Virus record (IMG/VR): IMGVR_UViG_3300025437_000010
Coordinates: 46,199-110,198 of that record
Length of the DNA: 64,000 bases
Origin: a virus
Strand: one strand, 5' to 3'
A program made the translations under genes and the position numbers. How positions within the stretch are numbered: the stretch's first letter is position 1; each line of letters begins with the position of its first letter. The notes under the pieces are model-generated. The model did no database searches and was not told the origin of the DNA. It worked only from the letters and a program-made list of their open reading frames with translations. Of this stretch, positions 19,074 through 29,481 are shown in pieces.

Positions 19074-20408
19074 ATGAGTGCAAGTTGGATTAAACTACTA
19101 AATCAGTCAGAGTCGCGTCTCCACAAAGAGGATGTTATCAGACAAGCATATGAAGCTGCTATTCTTGGAAATGTAATTTCCGATAGGTTTCTTATTGGTC
19201 TTCGTGTATGTTACAACCCATTTCTGACCTTTGGAATCAAGCAGATTCCAGAGTCGGCGGGCATTGCTAATGCTGAGAATCCTTGGGAAGAACTTTCCAA
19301 TTTGTTTGTCAAACTGACGCAACGCGAATTGACTGGCCATGCCGCACGTGATGCCATTCAGGATATGATGTGGCGGTTTGCCAGCGATGAATGGAATGAC
19401 TTTATCGCCCCTATCCTTCGGCGCGACATGCGTTCTGGAATCAGTGAGAAGACCATCAATAAGATTGTCAAAAATACAAAATATGAAGTTCCAACTTTTG
19501 GTTGCCAACTTGCCACCAACTGCGAAGATCGTCCCGAAATGCGTGGTATTAAGAGACTTGAACCAAAGTTGGATGGCGTTCGTGTGCTGATGATCATTGA
19601 CAACAACGGTGGCATGACTAGCAGTGTGGCTTCGTTTAGTCGCAACGGCAAAATTTTTGAAAATTTTCCACACATAGAACATCAATTACTGAATAAGGTT
19701 GAACATATCCTGAAATATCTTGGGAAAGAATTTTCTTCTGGTATTGTGTTTGATGGTGAAGTGGTGGGAAATTCCTTTCAGGAATTGATGCGTCAGGCTC
19801 GTCGTAAGACTGATGTCCAGAACGACGATAGTGTATTCCATATCTTTGATATTCTTCCTCTTGATGATTTCAAGCGGGGATACTGGAATGCTCAACTCGT
19901 TAAGCGTATTCACTTTCTAAACAAGCTGAGTCCAATTATTGATAATTTGCAAAATGTAGAGCTTCTTCCTCACATTATGGTAGACCTTGATAATTCTACC
20001 GGCGTTGCTGAGTTTAATAAGTATTGCAATGACATGGTTGAGGCAGGCTTCGAAGGCGCAATGATCAAAGAACTTGATGCACCCTACGAATGCAAGCGCA
20101 ATAAGTTCTGGTTAAAGTATAAGCCAACCATCACGGTTGATTTGCAAGTTATTGGTGTTGAAGCTGGCACTGGACGCAACAAAGGGCGTTTGGGTGCACT
20201 TATCTGTAATGGTGTTGATAATGATAAGGAAATTACCGTTAACGTTGGTAGTGGGTTTAGCGATTCGGAGCGTGATAGCCTTTGGGCTGACAGAGAATTG
20301 GTGATTGGTAGCACGGCTGAGATTCTCGCAGATGCTGTAACTCAGAACAAGGATGGGACTTACTCACTGCGGTTTCCACGTTTTGTTCGTTTTAGGGATG
20401 ATAAGTGA
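19074..20408 (+). CDS. ATP-dependent DNA ligase
   Basis: EPKLDGVR, FSRNGK, FDGEV, EGAMIK, WLKYKP, SLRFPRFVRFRDDK; AAGGAG RBS. Confidence 0.95.
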   Translation: MSASWIKLLNQSESRLHKEDVIRQAYEAAILGNVISDRFLIGLRVCYNPFLTFGIKQIPESAGIANAENPWEELSNLFVKLTQRELTGHAARDAIQDMMWRFASDEWNDFIAPILRRDMRSGISEKTINKIVKNTKYEVPTFGCQLATNCEDRPEMRGIKRLEPKLDGVRVLMIIDNNGGMTSSVASFSRNGKIFENFPHIEHQLLNKVEHILKYLGKEFSSGIVFDGEVVGNSFQELMRQARRKTDVQNDDSVFHIFDILPLDDFKRGYWNAQLVKRIHFLNKLSPIIDNLQNVELLPHIMVDLDNSTGVAEFNKYCNDMVEAGFEGAMIKELDAPYECKRNKFWLKYKPTITVDLQVIGVEAGTGRNKGRLGALICNGVDNDKEITVNVGSGFSDSERDSLWADRELVIGSTAEILADAVTQNKDGTYSLRFPRFVRFRDDK

Positions 20409-20644
20409 TGAGCGAAGATACACCCTCCAAAGAAGAACAAATCTTGGAATTATTCAATTGGCTTGAAGAACGTGCAGCAGCACTAGGTGGATGCTCTGAC
20501 GGAAACTGTGTCATTCACAAACCAAAAGGTATGCACACTAACGGTGGATGCAAATGTGCATATGATAGAAACAAAATTAACATATACACTCAATATGTTG
20601 CATATTTTCGCAGCAAAGTTCGTAAAATACGGGATGAAAACTAA
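20405..20644 (+). CDS. Hypothetical Cys/His-rich protein
   Basis: GGCSDGNC...GMHTNGGCKC. Confidence 0.6.
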   Translation: MMSEDTPSKEEQILELFNWLEERAAALGGCSDGNCVIHKPKGMHTNGGCKCAYDRNKINIYTQYVAYFRSKVRKIRDEN

Positions 20645-21031
20645 TGATAAATGCTATGTTTGGTCGCGTTACTAAGATGAAGACTGAGTTTAGACTTGCA
20701 AGGCGCGGCAGCAATTATTATCTGCAATATCGTCATATTGAACAGAAGTTCAAGAAGAAATGGTTTTGGCAGAAACCCGAGGTTGACGAACTCATCAAAG
20801 GCGATTGGATCACTACAGACACTGCTATATTGGAGAATTTTTAAACATGAATATATATGATATGAATGAAGAACACGATATCCAGCGGTGCGAACTGTGT
20901 GGTATTATTGAAAGCACTCGTCCCTATGGTCTTAATCATGAGGAAATCTGCCTTGAATGTGCAAAGATGGATGAAGCCGTTACCATAATCCGTATGAAGG
21001 AATGTATTTATATTTCGGACACTGATCAGTA

Positions 21032-21262
21032 ATGTATAGCGATGACGATGATGGTCCTAAGATAGCAGACTTCATGTGGATTGTTGGGAAAACTTGCGTT
21101 TTCCCAGATGGTGATAGCATTGAAGTTATCCAAATTAAACGCAGAGAGACTGGACCATGGGTGACTTTCCACATTAAACAAGGGCCGGGTATTCCCCGTA
21201 AGCTTTTGCTCTCACTGGAAGAGTTTAACTCTGCCTATGGACATCTGTTCAAACGTGATTAA
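21032..21262 (+). CDS. Conserved hypothetical protein
   Basis: FPDGDSIEVIQIK...GPGIPRKL. Confidence 0.6.
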   Translation: MYSDDDDGPKIADFMWIVGKTCVFPDGDSIEVIQIKRRETGPWVTFHIKQGPGIPRKLLLSLEEFNSAYGHLFKRD

Positions 21263-21279
21263 TTTGGCTAAATAGATAA

Positions 21280-22770
21280 ATGTTAAATATCAAAAAAATA
21301 TTCAGTTTTGCAACTCTTACTTTATTTGTTGCACTCATTTTAAGTAGTATTTCTGCGTGGTATTCCATTCTAGGACTGACCGCTATTTTTTCTGCTGCGG
21401 TCGTTCCAATTATGATTATGGGCTGCTCACTTGAATTTGCAAAAGTAGTTACTACAGTCTGGCTGCACAAATACTGGAGTCGTGCCGGATGGAAACTTAA
21501 ATTATATCTTGTTCCTGCGGTTATTGCGTTAATGCTAATAACATCAATGGGCACATACGGCTATCTTTCAAAGGCACACAGTGATCAATCTCTTGTTAGC
21601 GGTGATGTTCAAGCAAAGATTGCATTATACGATCAAAAAATTCAGATAGCAAAAGACAGTATTGATGCTGACCGCAAAGCACTTCAGCAGATGGATTCTG
21701 CTGTTGATCAAGTTATGGGACGTTCAAATGATGTCAAGGGTGCTCAACAATCTGTAAATATTCGTAAAGCACAAGCCTCCGAAAGAAATAGACTTAATCA
21801 AGAAATAATGACACGACAGGCTACTATTAGTAAACTTAATGAAGATGCTGCTCCTACCAGAGCGCAAGTTCGCAAGGTTGAGGCAGAAGTTGGTCCTATT
21901 AAATATATTGCTGCATTGATTTACGGTGATAATCCAGATAACAACCTGTTAGAACGTGCTGTTCGTTGGGTAATTATTATTATTGTTCTTGTGTTTGATC
22001 CTCTTGCTCTTATGCTCGTTTTGGCTGCACAAAGTAGTTATAAGTGGCTTGAAGAAGACCTCAAGGAAGAAGAAGAGAAGAAAAAGTCTACTGACAATTC
22101 TTATTGTGCAGAAAAGGGAGACCTGTTTTGTATCCATGACCATCCATGTGCAGTAACAGAAATACTTGACAGTGCTTCCGAAGAAAATGATGTTCCCAAA
22201 GAACAACTTGATGAAAAAATTGACGTTGTAATTGATGATTCGGTTGAACGTCAATTACAAGAATATATACCAGAACAGGCAACATCAAATGTGCGTGAAA
22301 TGGTTGAGGGTGATATCAATTTTGCTCCTGAGCCTCACTCTCCGGAAGAAAAATCACATATTGAAACCGAAGGTGTAACAATTCATGAAATGGAGCATGG
22401 ATATATTGAGCACGAAGGTAAGCAAATCAGCAAAACGGCATTCTTGAGCCAGCATCCTCATGTTTTCGCAGCAACACCAGATAATGAAAAAACTGGTCCA
22501 AATTTTGGCACATCATTTCCTGTATTTGCTGCAAAGGGAGATGTTTTTGTGAGAGTTGATACTCTTCCAAACCGCGTCTACAAGTTTGATGGCAGCAGAT
22601 GGATGGAAATTAATAAGGATATATCTGATTCTTATCTGTATGATGAGGAATATTTAAGACACTTGGTATCCAAACTGGAATCAGGAGAATATGATGTTGA
22701 ACTTTTGTCTGAGAACGAAAGATCGCAAATAGAAGATTATCTTCAAAGTATAAGTAATGTGAGTAACTAA
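21280..22770 (+). CDS. Membrane protein with long coiled coil and acidic C-terminal region
   Basis: Three N-terminal TMs, GYLSKAH, coiled coil, EVGPIKYIA, VFDPLA TM; late promoter TAAATA 5 nt upstream of ATG. Confidence 0.8.
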   Translation: MLNIKKIFSFATLTLFVALILSSISAWYSILGLTAIFSAAVVPIMIMGCSLEFAKVVTTVWLHKYWSRAGWKLKLYLVPAVIALMLITSMGTYGYLSKAHSDQSLVSGDVQAKIALYDQKIQIAKDSIDADRKALQQMDSAVDQVMGRSNDVKGAQQSVNIRKAQASERNRLNQEIMTRQATISKLNEDAAPTRAQVRKVEAEVGPIKYIAALIYGDNPDNNLLERAVRWVIIIIVLVFDPLALMLVLAAQSSYKWLEEDLKEEEEKKKSTDNSYCAEKGDLFCIHDHPCAVTEILDSASEENDVPKEQLDEKIDVVIDDSVERQLQEYIPEQATSNVREMVEGDINFAPEPHSPEEKSHIETEGVTIHEMEHGYIEHEGKQISKTAFLSQHPHVFAATPDNEKTGPNFGTSFPVFAAKGDVFVRVDTLPNRVYKFDGSRWMEINKDISDSYLYDEEYLRHLVSKLESGEYDVELLSENERSQIEDYLQSISNVSN

Positions 22771-22771
22771 C

Positions 22772-23971
22772 ATGTCCGATAAGAAACTACACACCTGCTC
22801 ATTTTGCGGTAACCACAAGGATCAGGTAACCAAATTAATAGTTGGCGAAGATGTCGCTATTTGTAGCGAATGCGTTGATTTGTGCAATCAACTTATCGTA
22901 AAGGAAAAGATAATAGAACCCGAGGCTAATCAACAGAATCCAAAGTTTGATGCATATGCCATCAAGGAACATTTGGACAAATATGTTATTGGACAGAGTG
23001 CTGCAAAAGAAGTTCTTGCTGTAGCAATTTCTAATCATTACAAAAGAATCAATCATCCACCTAAAAATTTAGAAATTCAAAAAGGGAATGTGTTGCTCGT
23101 TGGACCGACAGGTTCAGGAAAAACTTTGCTTGCAAAATCAGTTGCCAAATACCTTAATGTCCCATTCGTAGTGGCTGATGCAACTAACTTAACCGAAGCA
23201 GGATACGTTGGTGAAGACGTTGAATCCATGATCGGATTGCTTCTTGCAAATGCCGATTATGATGTTAGCCTTGCAGAAAGAGGGATTGTGTTTATTGATG
23301 AAGTAGACAAAATTGCCAGAAAAAGTGAAAGTGCCAGTATTACGCGAGATGTGTCCGGAGAAGGTGTGCAGCAAGCATTGCTTAAGTTAGTAGAAGGCAC
23401 TAAATGTCGCGTGAGTCCAGCGGGCAAGCGTAAGCACCCACAAGGTGAATTTATTGAGGTTGACACAAAAAACATACTGTTCATTGCGGGCGGTGCTTTT
23501 GTTGGATTAGAGGAAATAATTCGCAACAGAACTGGAGTGTCAGCCATTGGATTTGGATCAGTGGTGCGATCCAAAAACGATCCAATTGATTTGAAAAAAA
23601 TAACACCAGAAGATTTGACACGTTTTGGAATGATTCCAGAATTTATCGGGCGTTTTACAACCACAATTGCGCTTGAAGAACTTACCTTGACAGAATTGAT
23701 TAAAATTCTAACCGAAATCAAAAACAGTTTCATTCAGCAGTATCAATATCTTTTTGAAATTGACGAGATAAAACTTACCTTTACTGATGACGCCATTCAT
23801 AAAATTGCTCAAAACTGTATTGATTTAAAGACGGGCGCGCGGGGATTACATACTGAAATTGAACGAGTGCTGATGTGTCATATGTTTCACATTAATCGTT
23901 ACAAAGAAAATGATATAGTGGAACTGATCATTGACGTTGATCAAATTGATAAACCAGAACCTTTAATTTAA
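22772..23971 (+). CDS. clpX: ATP-dependent Clp protease ATPase subunit ClpX
   Basis: Zn domain CSFC...CSEC, Walker A GPTGSGKT, GYVGEDVE, IDEVDK, RDVSGEGVQQ, RKH loop, IGF loop, GARGL. Confidence 0.95.
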   Translation: MSDKKLHTCSFCGNHKDQVTKLIVGEDVAICSECVDLCNQLIVKEKIIEPEANQQNPKFDAYAIKEHLDKYVIGQSAAKEVLAVAISNHYKRINHPPKNLEIQKGNVLLVGPTGSGKTLLAKSVAKYLNVPFVVADATNLTEAGYVGEDVESMIGLLLANADYDVSLAERGIVFIDEVDKIARKSESASITRDVSGEGVQQALLKLVEGTKCRVSPAGKRKHPQGEFIEVDTKNILFIAGGAFVGLEEIIRNRTGVSAIGFGSVVRSKNDPIDLKKITPEDLTRFGMIPEFIGRFTTTIALEELTLTELIKILTEIKNSFIQQYQYLFEIDEIKLTFTDDAIHKIAQNCIDLKTGARGLHTEIERVLMCHMFHINRYKENDIVELIIDVDQIDKPEPLI

Positions 23972-24024
23972 GATTGACATTTTCATCACACATCATTATT
24001 CTAACGTTAGAAAGGATTTTGTAA

Positions 24025-24426
24025 ATGTCTGAACAGCCAATTATGCATGAACGTGCAAATGGTACCAAGTATTGGTATTTAAATGGAAAAATTCATCGCG
24101 AAGATGGACCTGCGGTCGTCATCGCGGCTGGCGACAATTATTGGTATCTGAATGGTAAACTCCATCGCGAAGATGGACCTGCTATTGAACGTGCGGATGG
24201 TTCCAAGTTCTGGTATCTAAATGACAAACGCCATCGCGAAGATGGACCTGCTATTGAATATGCAAATGGCACCAAGCACTGGTTTCTGAATGATCAACGC
24301 CATCGCGAAGATGGACCTGCTATTGAACGTGCAGATGGTACTAAATATTGGTATCTGAATAATATGGAAATAGACCAACTTGTTTTCTGGGTTACCACTA
24401 AAGAACGTCAAAAAGAATGTTTTTGA
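24025..24426 (+). CDS. HREDGPA (MORN-like) repeat protein, 4 repeats
   Basis: 22-aa unit WYLNxKxHREDGPAIExAxGxK; ends DQLVFWVTTKER. Confidence 0.85.
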   Translation: MSEQPIMHERANGTKYWYLNGKIHREDGPAVVIAAGDNYWYLNGKLHREDGPAIERADGSKFWYLNDKRHREDGPAIEYANGTKHWFLNDQRHREDGPAIERADGTKYWYLNNMEIDQLVFWVTTKERQKECF

Positions 24427-24473
24427 CACAAAATACTTGATTTTTTTACGCAATAGTGTATGATAAATATTAT

Positions 24474-24530
24474 TGTAGATGCTTATACAGGTCTACAATA
24501 ATAGTCTTGCTATAAAGGAGATAAAACATG
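24474..24530 (+). promoter_or_regulatory. ROSE-like RNA thermometer in the hsp20 leader
   Basis: TGTAGA/TCTACA 5' hairpin; UCUUGCU (24505-24511) pairs with SD AGGAGA (24516-24521) leaving a bulged G. Confidence 0.6.
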
Positions 24531-25001
24531 ACTAAATTAACTACTAACGGTAACCTAACACTTCGCGCCCTTGACATTCCGTCACTGCATCGTTTCTCGG
24601 TAGGGTTTGATAACGTCTTTGACGAATTAATGCGAGTAAATTCCCAACAAGCATCTGGTCCAAATTATCCACCATACAATATTGTAAAATATGATGATGA
24701 TAATTTTACCATTGAACTTGCGGTTGCAGGTTTCAATGATGGTGATATTAATATCACGCTTGAAAAAAACATTCTTACTATTGCGGGTGAACAAACACAA
24801 ACGCTTGATGAACTTGATAAGGAAGTTGAGTATTTACATCGTGGCATTTCTGCGCGCAGTTTTACTCGCAACTTTACTCTTGCGGATCATGTGGAAGTTG
24901 CCAAGGCATATTCAGAAAATGGCATCCTAAAGATTGAACTCGTTCGGAACGTTCCCGAGGAATCTAAGCCAAAAAAGATTGACATTTCATACAAAAAGTA
25001 A
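24528..25001 (+). CDS. Small heat-shock protein Hsp20 (IbpA-like)
   Basis: YPPYNI, IELAVAGF, YLHRGISARSF, ENGILKI, VPEESKPKKI. Confidence 0.95.
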   Translation: MTKLTTNGNLTLRALDIPSLHRFSVGFDNVFDELMRVNSQQASGPNYPPYNIVKYDDDNFTIELAVAGFNDGDINITLEKNILTIAGEQTQTLDELDKEVEYLHRGISARSFTRNFTLADHVEVAKAYSENGILKIELVRNVPEESKPKKIDISYKK

Positions 25002-25067
25002 TATAGGTAGAACTAATGCTTGCGGGTAATGGTGCCCGCAAGCATCCAAACAAGGATTAATTATATA

Positions 25068-25373
25068 ATGGCAAATGCAGAACCAACCAATAAGATCAAG
25101 CCTAACTTGGCTTTGAAGGAACCCTCAATGTTTCGGGTTATTTACATGAATGATGACTTTACTCCAATGGAGTTTGTGGTTAGTTCGCTGATTGAATACT
25201 TCAATTATAATGACGATACGGCAACCAAGATTACGGTTGACGTTCATGAACAGGGAAGTGCCGTTGTCGCCGTTCTTCCCTACGAGATTGCTGAGCAGCG
25301 TGGGATTGAAGTAACTCTTGATGCACGTGCACGTGGATTTCCGCTTCAGATCAAGGTTGAAGCAGACGATTAA
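25068..25373 (+). CDS. clpS: Clp protease adaptor ClpS
   Basis: FRVIYMNDDFTPMEFVV...VHEQG...YEIAE...FPLQ. Confidence 0.92.
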   Translation: MANAEPTNKIKPNLALKEPSMFRVIYMNDDFTPMEFVVSSLIEYFNYNDDTATKITVDVHEQGSAVVAVLPYEIAEQRGIEVTLDARARGFPLQIKVEADD

Positions 25374-25374
25374 T

Positions 25375-26076
25375 TTATACTGATATAGTGATCCTTTTAG
25401 CCCAATATGGCTTTTGGTGTAAATATGGGTTGTTGATATAGTTGATTTCTTCAATACAGGTATCAACCATTTTTTCATAAGTCCCAAATGCCCAGTGCGT
25501 TACTTTATTTTCAGTATCATTTGCTAAAGTAACGCACATTGGGGTCTGATCATCCGAAATGATTGGGCGTTCTCCAAAGTATAGTTCTTCGCGTGGGACT
25601 GCATTTGACATTATAATAACTTTTGTTATATCCATGTGCTTTTGCAGTTTTCCCAATGAATTATACAGATAGTTAAAATCGTCATGTCTGGATGCAGTTT
25701 CAAACAAATTTTCCATGGTAAAGGTATCACCCACCGTGCTCCACCCATTTATTCCTATAACTGCAATGCCATCAATGACTGCCACATTTTGATGAAGGAA
25801 GCATACATTTTTTATATTTTGTAACATTTCAGAAATTTCATCAGTTCTTTCTGTTATTTTATCTGCAGTTTCATATTCTAAATAGCCGGGAACATAAAAC
25901 ACACCTTGGTAAAACCTACTAAGATGTGCCAGTGTTTGAAAAACGGTATTTAGATTAGAACTTATGTTTCCTGCCACAAGGCAATACAAACTTGTTGCTT
26001 TGTTTTCCCAATTGAAGCTTTCATCGGGAGAAAGAAAAAGATCGCTAATTAAATCAAAGCCAATTTCTGTTTTCAT
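25375..26076 (-). CDS. Metallophosphoesterase-fold protein, apparently catalytically degenerate
   Basis: ISDLFL, VAGNI, YVPGYLE, WAFG and NNP align with DxH/GD/GNH/GH motifs, but most ligands are replaced. Confidence 0.65.
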   Translation of the reverse strand: MKTEIGFDLISDLFLSPDESFNWENKATSLYCLVAGNISSNLNTVFQTLAHLSRFYQGVFYVPGYLEYETADKITERTDEISEMLQNIKNVCFLHQNVAVIDGIAVIGINGWSTVGDTFTMENLFETASRHDDFNYLYNSLGKLQKHMDITKVIIMSNAVPREELYFGERPIISDDQTPMCVTLANDTENKVTHWAFGTYEKMVDTCIEEINYINNPYLHQKPYWAKRITISV

Positions 26077-26081
26077 TTAAA

Positions 26082-26522
26082 TTATTTTGCTACATTTAAC
26101 TTTGGTTTGCGAGGTGCGCGCACTTTTTTAACTTCTTTTTTTACTTCCTCTATTATGGTGTCAGCATCAGCAGTCACTTCTTCTTCAATTTTAACTGCGG
26201 CTTTTTTTGCCTTTGATACGGTAGCCTTTACCACTGGTACAACAGTTTCAATATCAGCGATAGTCTTCTCGGCATCGGTAACAGTCTTCTCTACATTGGC
26301 GATGTCCGCTACAACATTTAATGGTGCTATCTCTGCTTCGGAAACGGTTTTTGTTACATCAGCAATGTTGGTTTCTACATCAGAAACTATTGTGGTGGCT
26401 TCTGGTTCAATCGTGTTTACTTCATTAATTGCAGTATCAATTGTGCTCTTTCCAAGTTTGGTATATACAAGATATACGCCATATAATGCTACTGCGCTCG
26501 TCGCTATAATTAGAAATTCCAT
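26082..26522 (-). CDS. N-terminally anchored low-complexity (T/V/A/E/K) protein
   Basis: N-terminal TM, basic tail; AGGAG RBS. Confidence 0.7.
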   Translation of the reverse strand: MEFLIIATSAVALYGVYLVYTKLGKSTIDTAINEVNTIEPEATTIVSDVETNIADVTKTVSEAEIAPLNVVADIANVEKTVTDAEKTIADIETVVPVVKATVSKAKKAAVKIEEEVTADADTIIEEVKKEVKKVRAPRKPKLNVAK

Positions 26523-26672
26523 ACTTTTCTCCTATGTGTTTGGTTTTTCATTATTATTTATGAGATATTAAACATATACACAATAAACCCATAATTTTGT
26601 TACAAAAACATCTTGCATTTTATATCAATCTGATATAGAGTTAAACTCTCTCTAACAATAAAAGGAAATTTA

Positions 26673-27293
26673 ATGAGTCTCGTTCCTATCGTTCTTGAAC
26701 AAACTTCTCGTGGTGAGAGGTCGTATGATATTTTTTCACGACTCCTACGCGATAGAGTAATTATGCTTGATGGCGAAGTCCATGATCATATGGCAAATAT
26801 CATTGTCGCGCAATTACTCTTTCTTGAGTCTGAAGACCCTAATGCTGACATCTCATTGTATATTAACTCAAATGGTGGATCAGTGACCGCAGGAATGTCC
26901 ATATACAATACCATGTCTTTCATCAAACCTGATGTATCCACTATCGTTACCGGACAGGCTGCATCAATGGGATCGTTCCTTGCTCAGGCAGGTGCTGCCG
27001 GTAAGCGTTATGTTCTTAGTGAAGCACGTACAATGATCCATCGTGTAAGTTCTGGAACTCGTGGAACCAGTGGTTCTGTTCATGTTCAGGAACTTGAGTT
27101 TGAAGATGCTCGTCGCCACTTGGAAGAATCAAAGCGCCTCAATGAACGCCTGACTCAGTTGTATGTACAACATAACACTGCTGGAAAGACTTATGAAGAA
27201 ATGTTTGAGGACATGAAGTTTGATACTTTCCTATCTGCTGAGCAGGCGGTTGAATATGGGCTTGCCGACGAGGTACTCACTAAGCGTCCTTAA
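26673..27293 (+). CDS. clpP: ATP-dependent Clp protease proteolytic subunit
   Basis: [35 protein letters not shown] (Ser), MIH (His), [14 protein letters not shown]. Confidence 0.95.
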   Translation: MSLVPIVLEQTSRGERSYDIFSRLLRDRVIMLDGEVHDHMANIIVAQLLFLESEDPNADISLYINSNGGSVTAGMSIYNTMSFIKPDVSTIVTGQAASMGSFLAQAGAAGKRYVLSEARTMIHRVSSGTRGTSGSVHVQELEFEDARRHLEESKRLNERLTQLYVQHNTAGKTYEEMFEDMKFDTFLSAEQAVEYGLADEVLTKRP

Positions 27294-27328
27294 TATATGT
27301 TGACGTGCTTTCATCACTGTAGTATGTA

Positions 27329-27853
27329 ATGGGCATGGAAACCGTATTTGAACATCTCAAAGGTCGTCACCTAAACGTTGATCTTCATCGTCCCATGATT
27401 GATGAAGTTGGGCGGGTGGCGACCTTTTATCTGTATGACCTTACTGGCCGTGCAGTCGGCTATCATCAATATCGTCCGGAAGGCGAGAAGAAACTACCCA
27501 ACGATTTCAAGAGTGGTAAATATTTCACTTGGCGTAAGGGTTACGCTCCATGGGGTGTAGAAAGCCTTTCGCTGACCCCGCATGTGGTTTTTCTTACCGA
27601 AGGTATCTTTGACGCGGCCCGTCTGACAGAGCACGGGTATAGCGCACTTGCAACACTTTCTAACGATCCACAGCCAGACTTCAAAAACTGGTTGCATTTT
27701 CTTGGTCGTCGTGTTATAGCAGTGTGTGATAATGATAATGCAGGTCGTCGCCTTGCTAAGTTTGGTGATGTTGCCGTGGTCACCAAAGACAAAGACTTAG
27801 GTGATGCAGATGATTCTTATGTTGATTGGTTGTTGAAAGAGTATGGTCAGTGA
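27329..27853 (+). CDS. Toprim-domain (primase-like) protein
   Basis: FLTEGIFDA...VCDNDNAG...KDLGD. Confidence 0.75.
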   Translation: MGMETVFEHLKGRHLNVDLHRPMIDEVGRVATFYLYDLTGRAVGYHQYRPEGEKKLPNDFKSGKYFTWRKGYAPWGVESLSLTPHVVFLTEGIFDAARLTEHGYSALATLSNDPQPDFKNWLHFLGRRVIAVCDNDNAGRRLAKFGDVAVVTKDKDLGDADDSYVDWLLKEYGQ

Positions 27854-28033
27854 AAACCCTATCCGAACTTGAGCTTATTGCGGGTAATTATAGCATCGTA
27901 AAGGATGATGATGGTACTTATGCTATTCACCGTGATGGCGTATCAATTCATGGCGTATGCGATGGAGATGCTGTAATTGCTTGGATGGCTAATTGTTTGT
28001 TTAATTATGACTGTCTACTAAGGAAAGTACAAA

Positions 28034-28264
28034 ATGAAACTATGGGATAATGAATCTAATCTTTGGTTGCTGACTCCCGAGGAATTTACCGAAGTTCCTG
28101 ATGGAATAGTATTGCTTGGTATTAACGATAATACTAAGGTGAAGGGTAAAGACTACATTGACGATCATACCCGAGGAGGATGTCTTGCTTACGGTCTTAC
28201 GCCAGTCATGGCAGAGTCGCAGGGCTTGATGCCGCAGTTTATTATTTGGAAGCTGAGAAGCTGA
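28034..28264 (+). CDS. Hypothetical protein
   Basis: LWLLTPEEF.EVPDG...KGKDYIDD.TRGG.LAYG. Confidence 0.65.
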   Translation: MKLWDNESNLWLLTPEEFTEVPDGIVLLGINDNTKVKGKDYIDDHTRGGCLAYGLTPVMAESQGLMPQFIIWKLRS

Positions 28265-28479
28265 TGGCTAAAACCATTAACTTTGGAAGGGTGCCCGGAG
28301 AAAAAGACCTTGAATGGTTTGCGAAGAACATTGGGCCTCGTACTCATTATACAAAATACAACATCGGTGGCGAGGGGTGGCGCTTTACCCTTTTGTCAGA
28401 TAACCCATGGTCCAAAAAAGATTGGGTGCTGACAGTTGAAGACGATCAAATGATGACATATTATTTGCTGACTCATTGA
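28264..28479 (+). CDS. Small hypothetical protein
   Basis: WFAKNIGPR...GGEGW...DDQMMTYYLL. Confidence 0.6.
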   Translation: MAKTINFGRVPGEKDLEWFAKNIGPRTHYTKYNIGGEGWRFTLLSDNPWSKKDWVLTVEDDQMMTYYLLTH

Positions 28480-28552
28480 TTTTTTATGTTGACAGCACAT
28501 TTTGATACGCCTAAGACAAGTCATCGCAACCGATTAGTCACGGAGATTTCAA

Positions 28553-29278
28553 ATGAACATCGACCTTACGAAGATCAAAGCACGTATCCTTGCTCTCTCA
28601 GCAAAGACCATTCAAAATGGGTGCACCGAAGAAGAAGCCATGGCTGCTATCACGATGGTTGGCAAGTTGTTGCAACAGTATAACTTGTCCATGGATGAAG
28701 TTGAGCTTCGTGCTGAAAAATGTGCTACTCTCAAGATCGATAGTGGAAGCAAGATGCGTGGAGGTGTTTACTTTGCTGCTTCGGCTATCGGGGCCTTTAC
28801 TGGCTGCAAAGTTTGGGTTAGTCGTGCCGGAAATCTGACGTATTGCTTCTTTGGTCAAGAAAGTGATCTTTTGATGGCAAAGTATCTTTATGATGTCATC
28901 ACCTGCGCGATTGATACCGAAACCTCAAAATTCAAAAAGACGCCTGAATATCAAATGTCCCTTTCTAAAAAGGGTGCGACGAGTTCTTTTACCATTGGCA
29001 TGGGGTCGCGTATCTCTGTTCGTCTCATGCAGATGAAAAAGGAAAATGATGGTGAAGTTGCTGCTGCTCGCGGTGGGAGTAATGCGCTGGTGGTATTGAA
29101 GAACCAGATTGTTGCAAATGCCTACGGTGAACTTGCACTCCGCTTGAAGAAAAACTACAATAAGACCTCTATTACCGATGGCACCGCATATCGCAATGGA
29201 CAGTCTGCTGGTGATCGCGTTAATCTCTCGCGCCCTGTTAATGGGACTGTGGGTAAAGTTTTGCAAATTACTGCTTAA
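28553..29278 (+). CDS. DUF2786-like protein
   Basis: KIKARILAL...TEEEAMAA...KLLQQYNLS; C-terminal AYRNGQSAGDRVNL; own promoter and GGAGA RBS. Confidence 0.75.
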   Translation: MNIDLTKIKARILALSAKTIQNGCTEEEAMAAITMVGKLLQQYNLSMDEVELRAEKCATLKIDSGSKMRGGVYFAASAIGAFTGCKVWVSRAGNLTYCFFGQESDLLMAKYLYDVITCAIDTETSKFKKTPEYQMSLSKKGATSSFTIGMGSRISVRLMQMKKENDGEVAAARGGSNALVVLKNQIVANAYGELALRLKKNYNKTSITDGTAYRNGQSAGDRVNLSRPVNGTVGKVLQITA

Positions 29279-29481
29279 TTTTTATAATATGAAGGGAAAT
29301 TAAAATGCGTACTTTGATTCTTTCTATCGGCTGTCTTCCTGTTTTGATCTATCTCAGATTTTGGATTGGAGTTGCCTACATTGCGCTACATTTCCTCAGT
29401 AAATTCTGGTAAAAATTTATAAATTGCCCGTTGACATCAATTCAGAAATTGATATAGTGATTGCATAGTCACTAAGGAGAT

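Noticed and set aside
24025-24426. CRISPR array or DGR template/variable repeat
   Set aside because: The units are in-frame 66-bp coding repeats, the differences are not adenine-specific, and no reverse transcriptase or cas gene is in the window.
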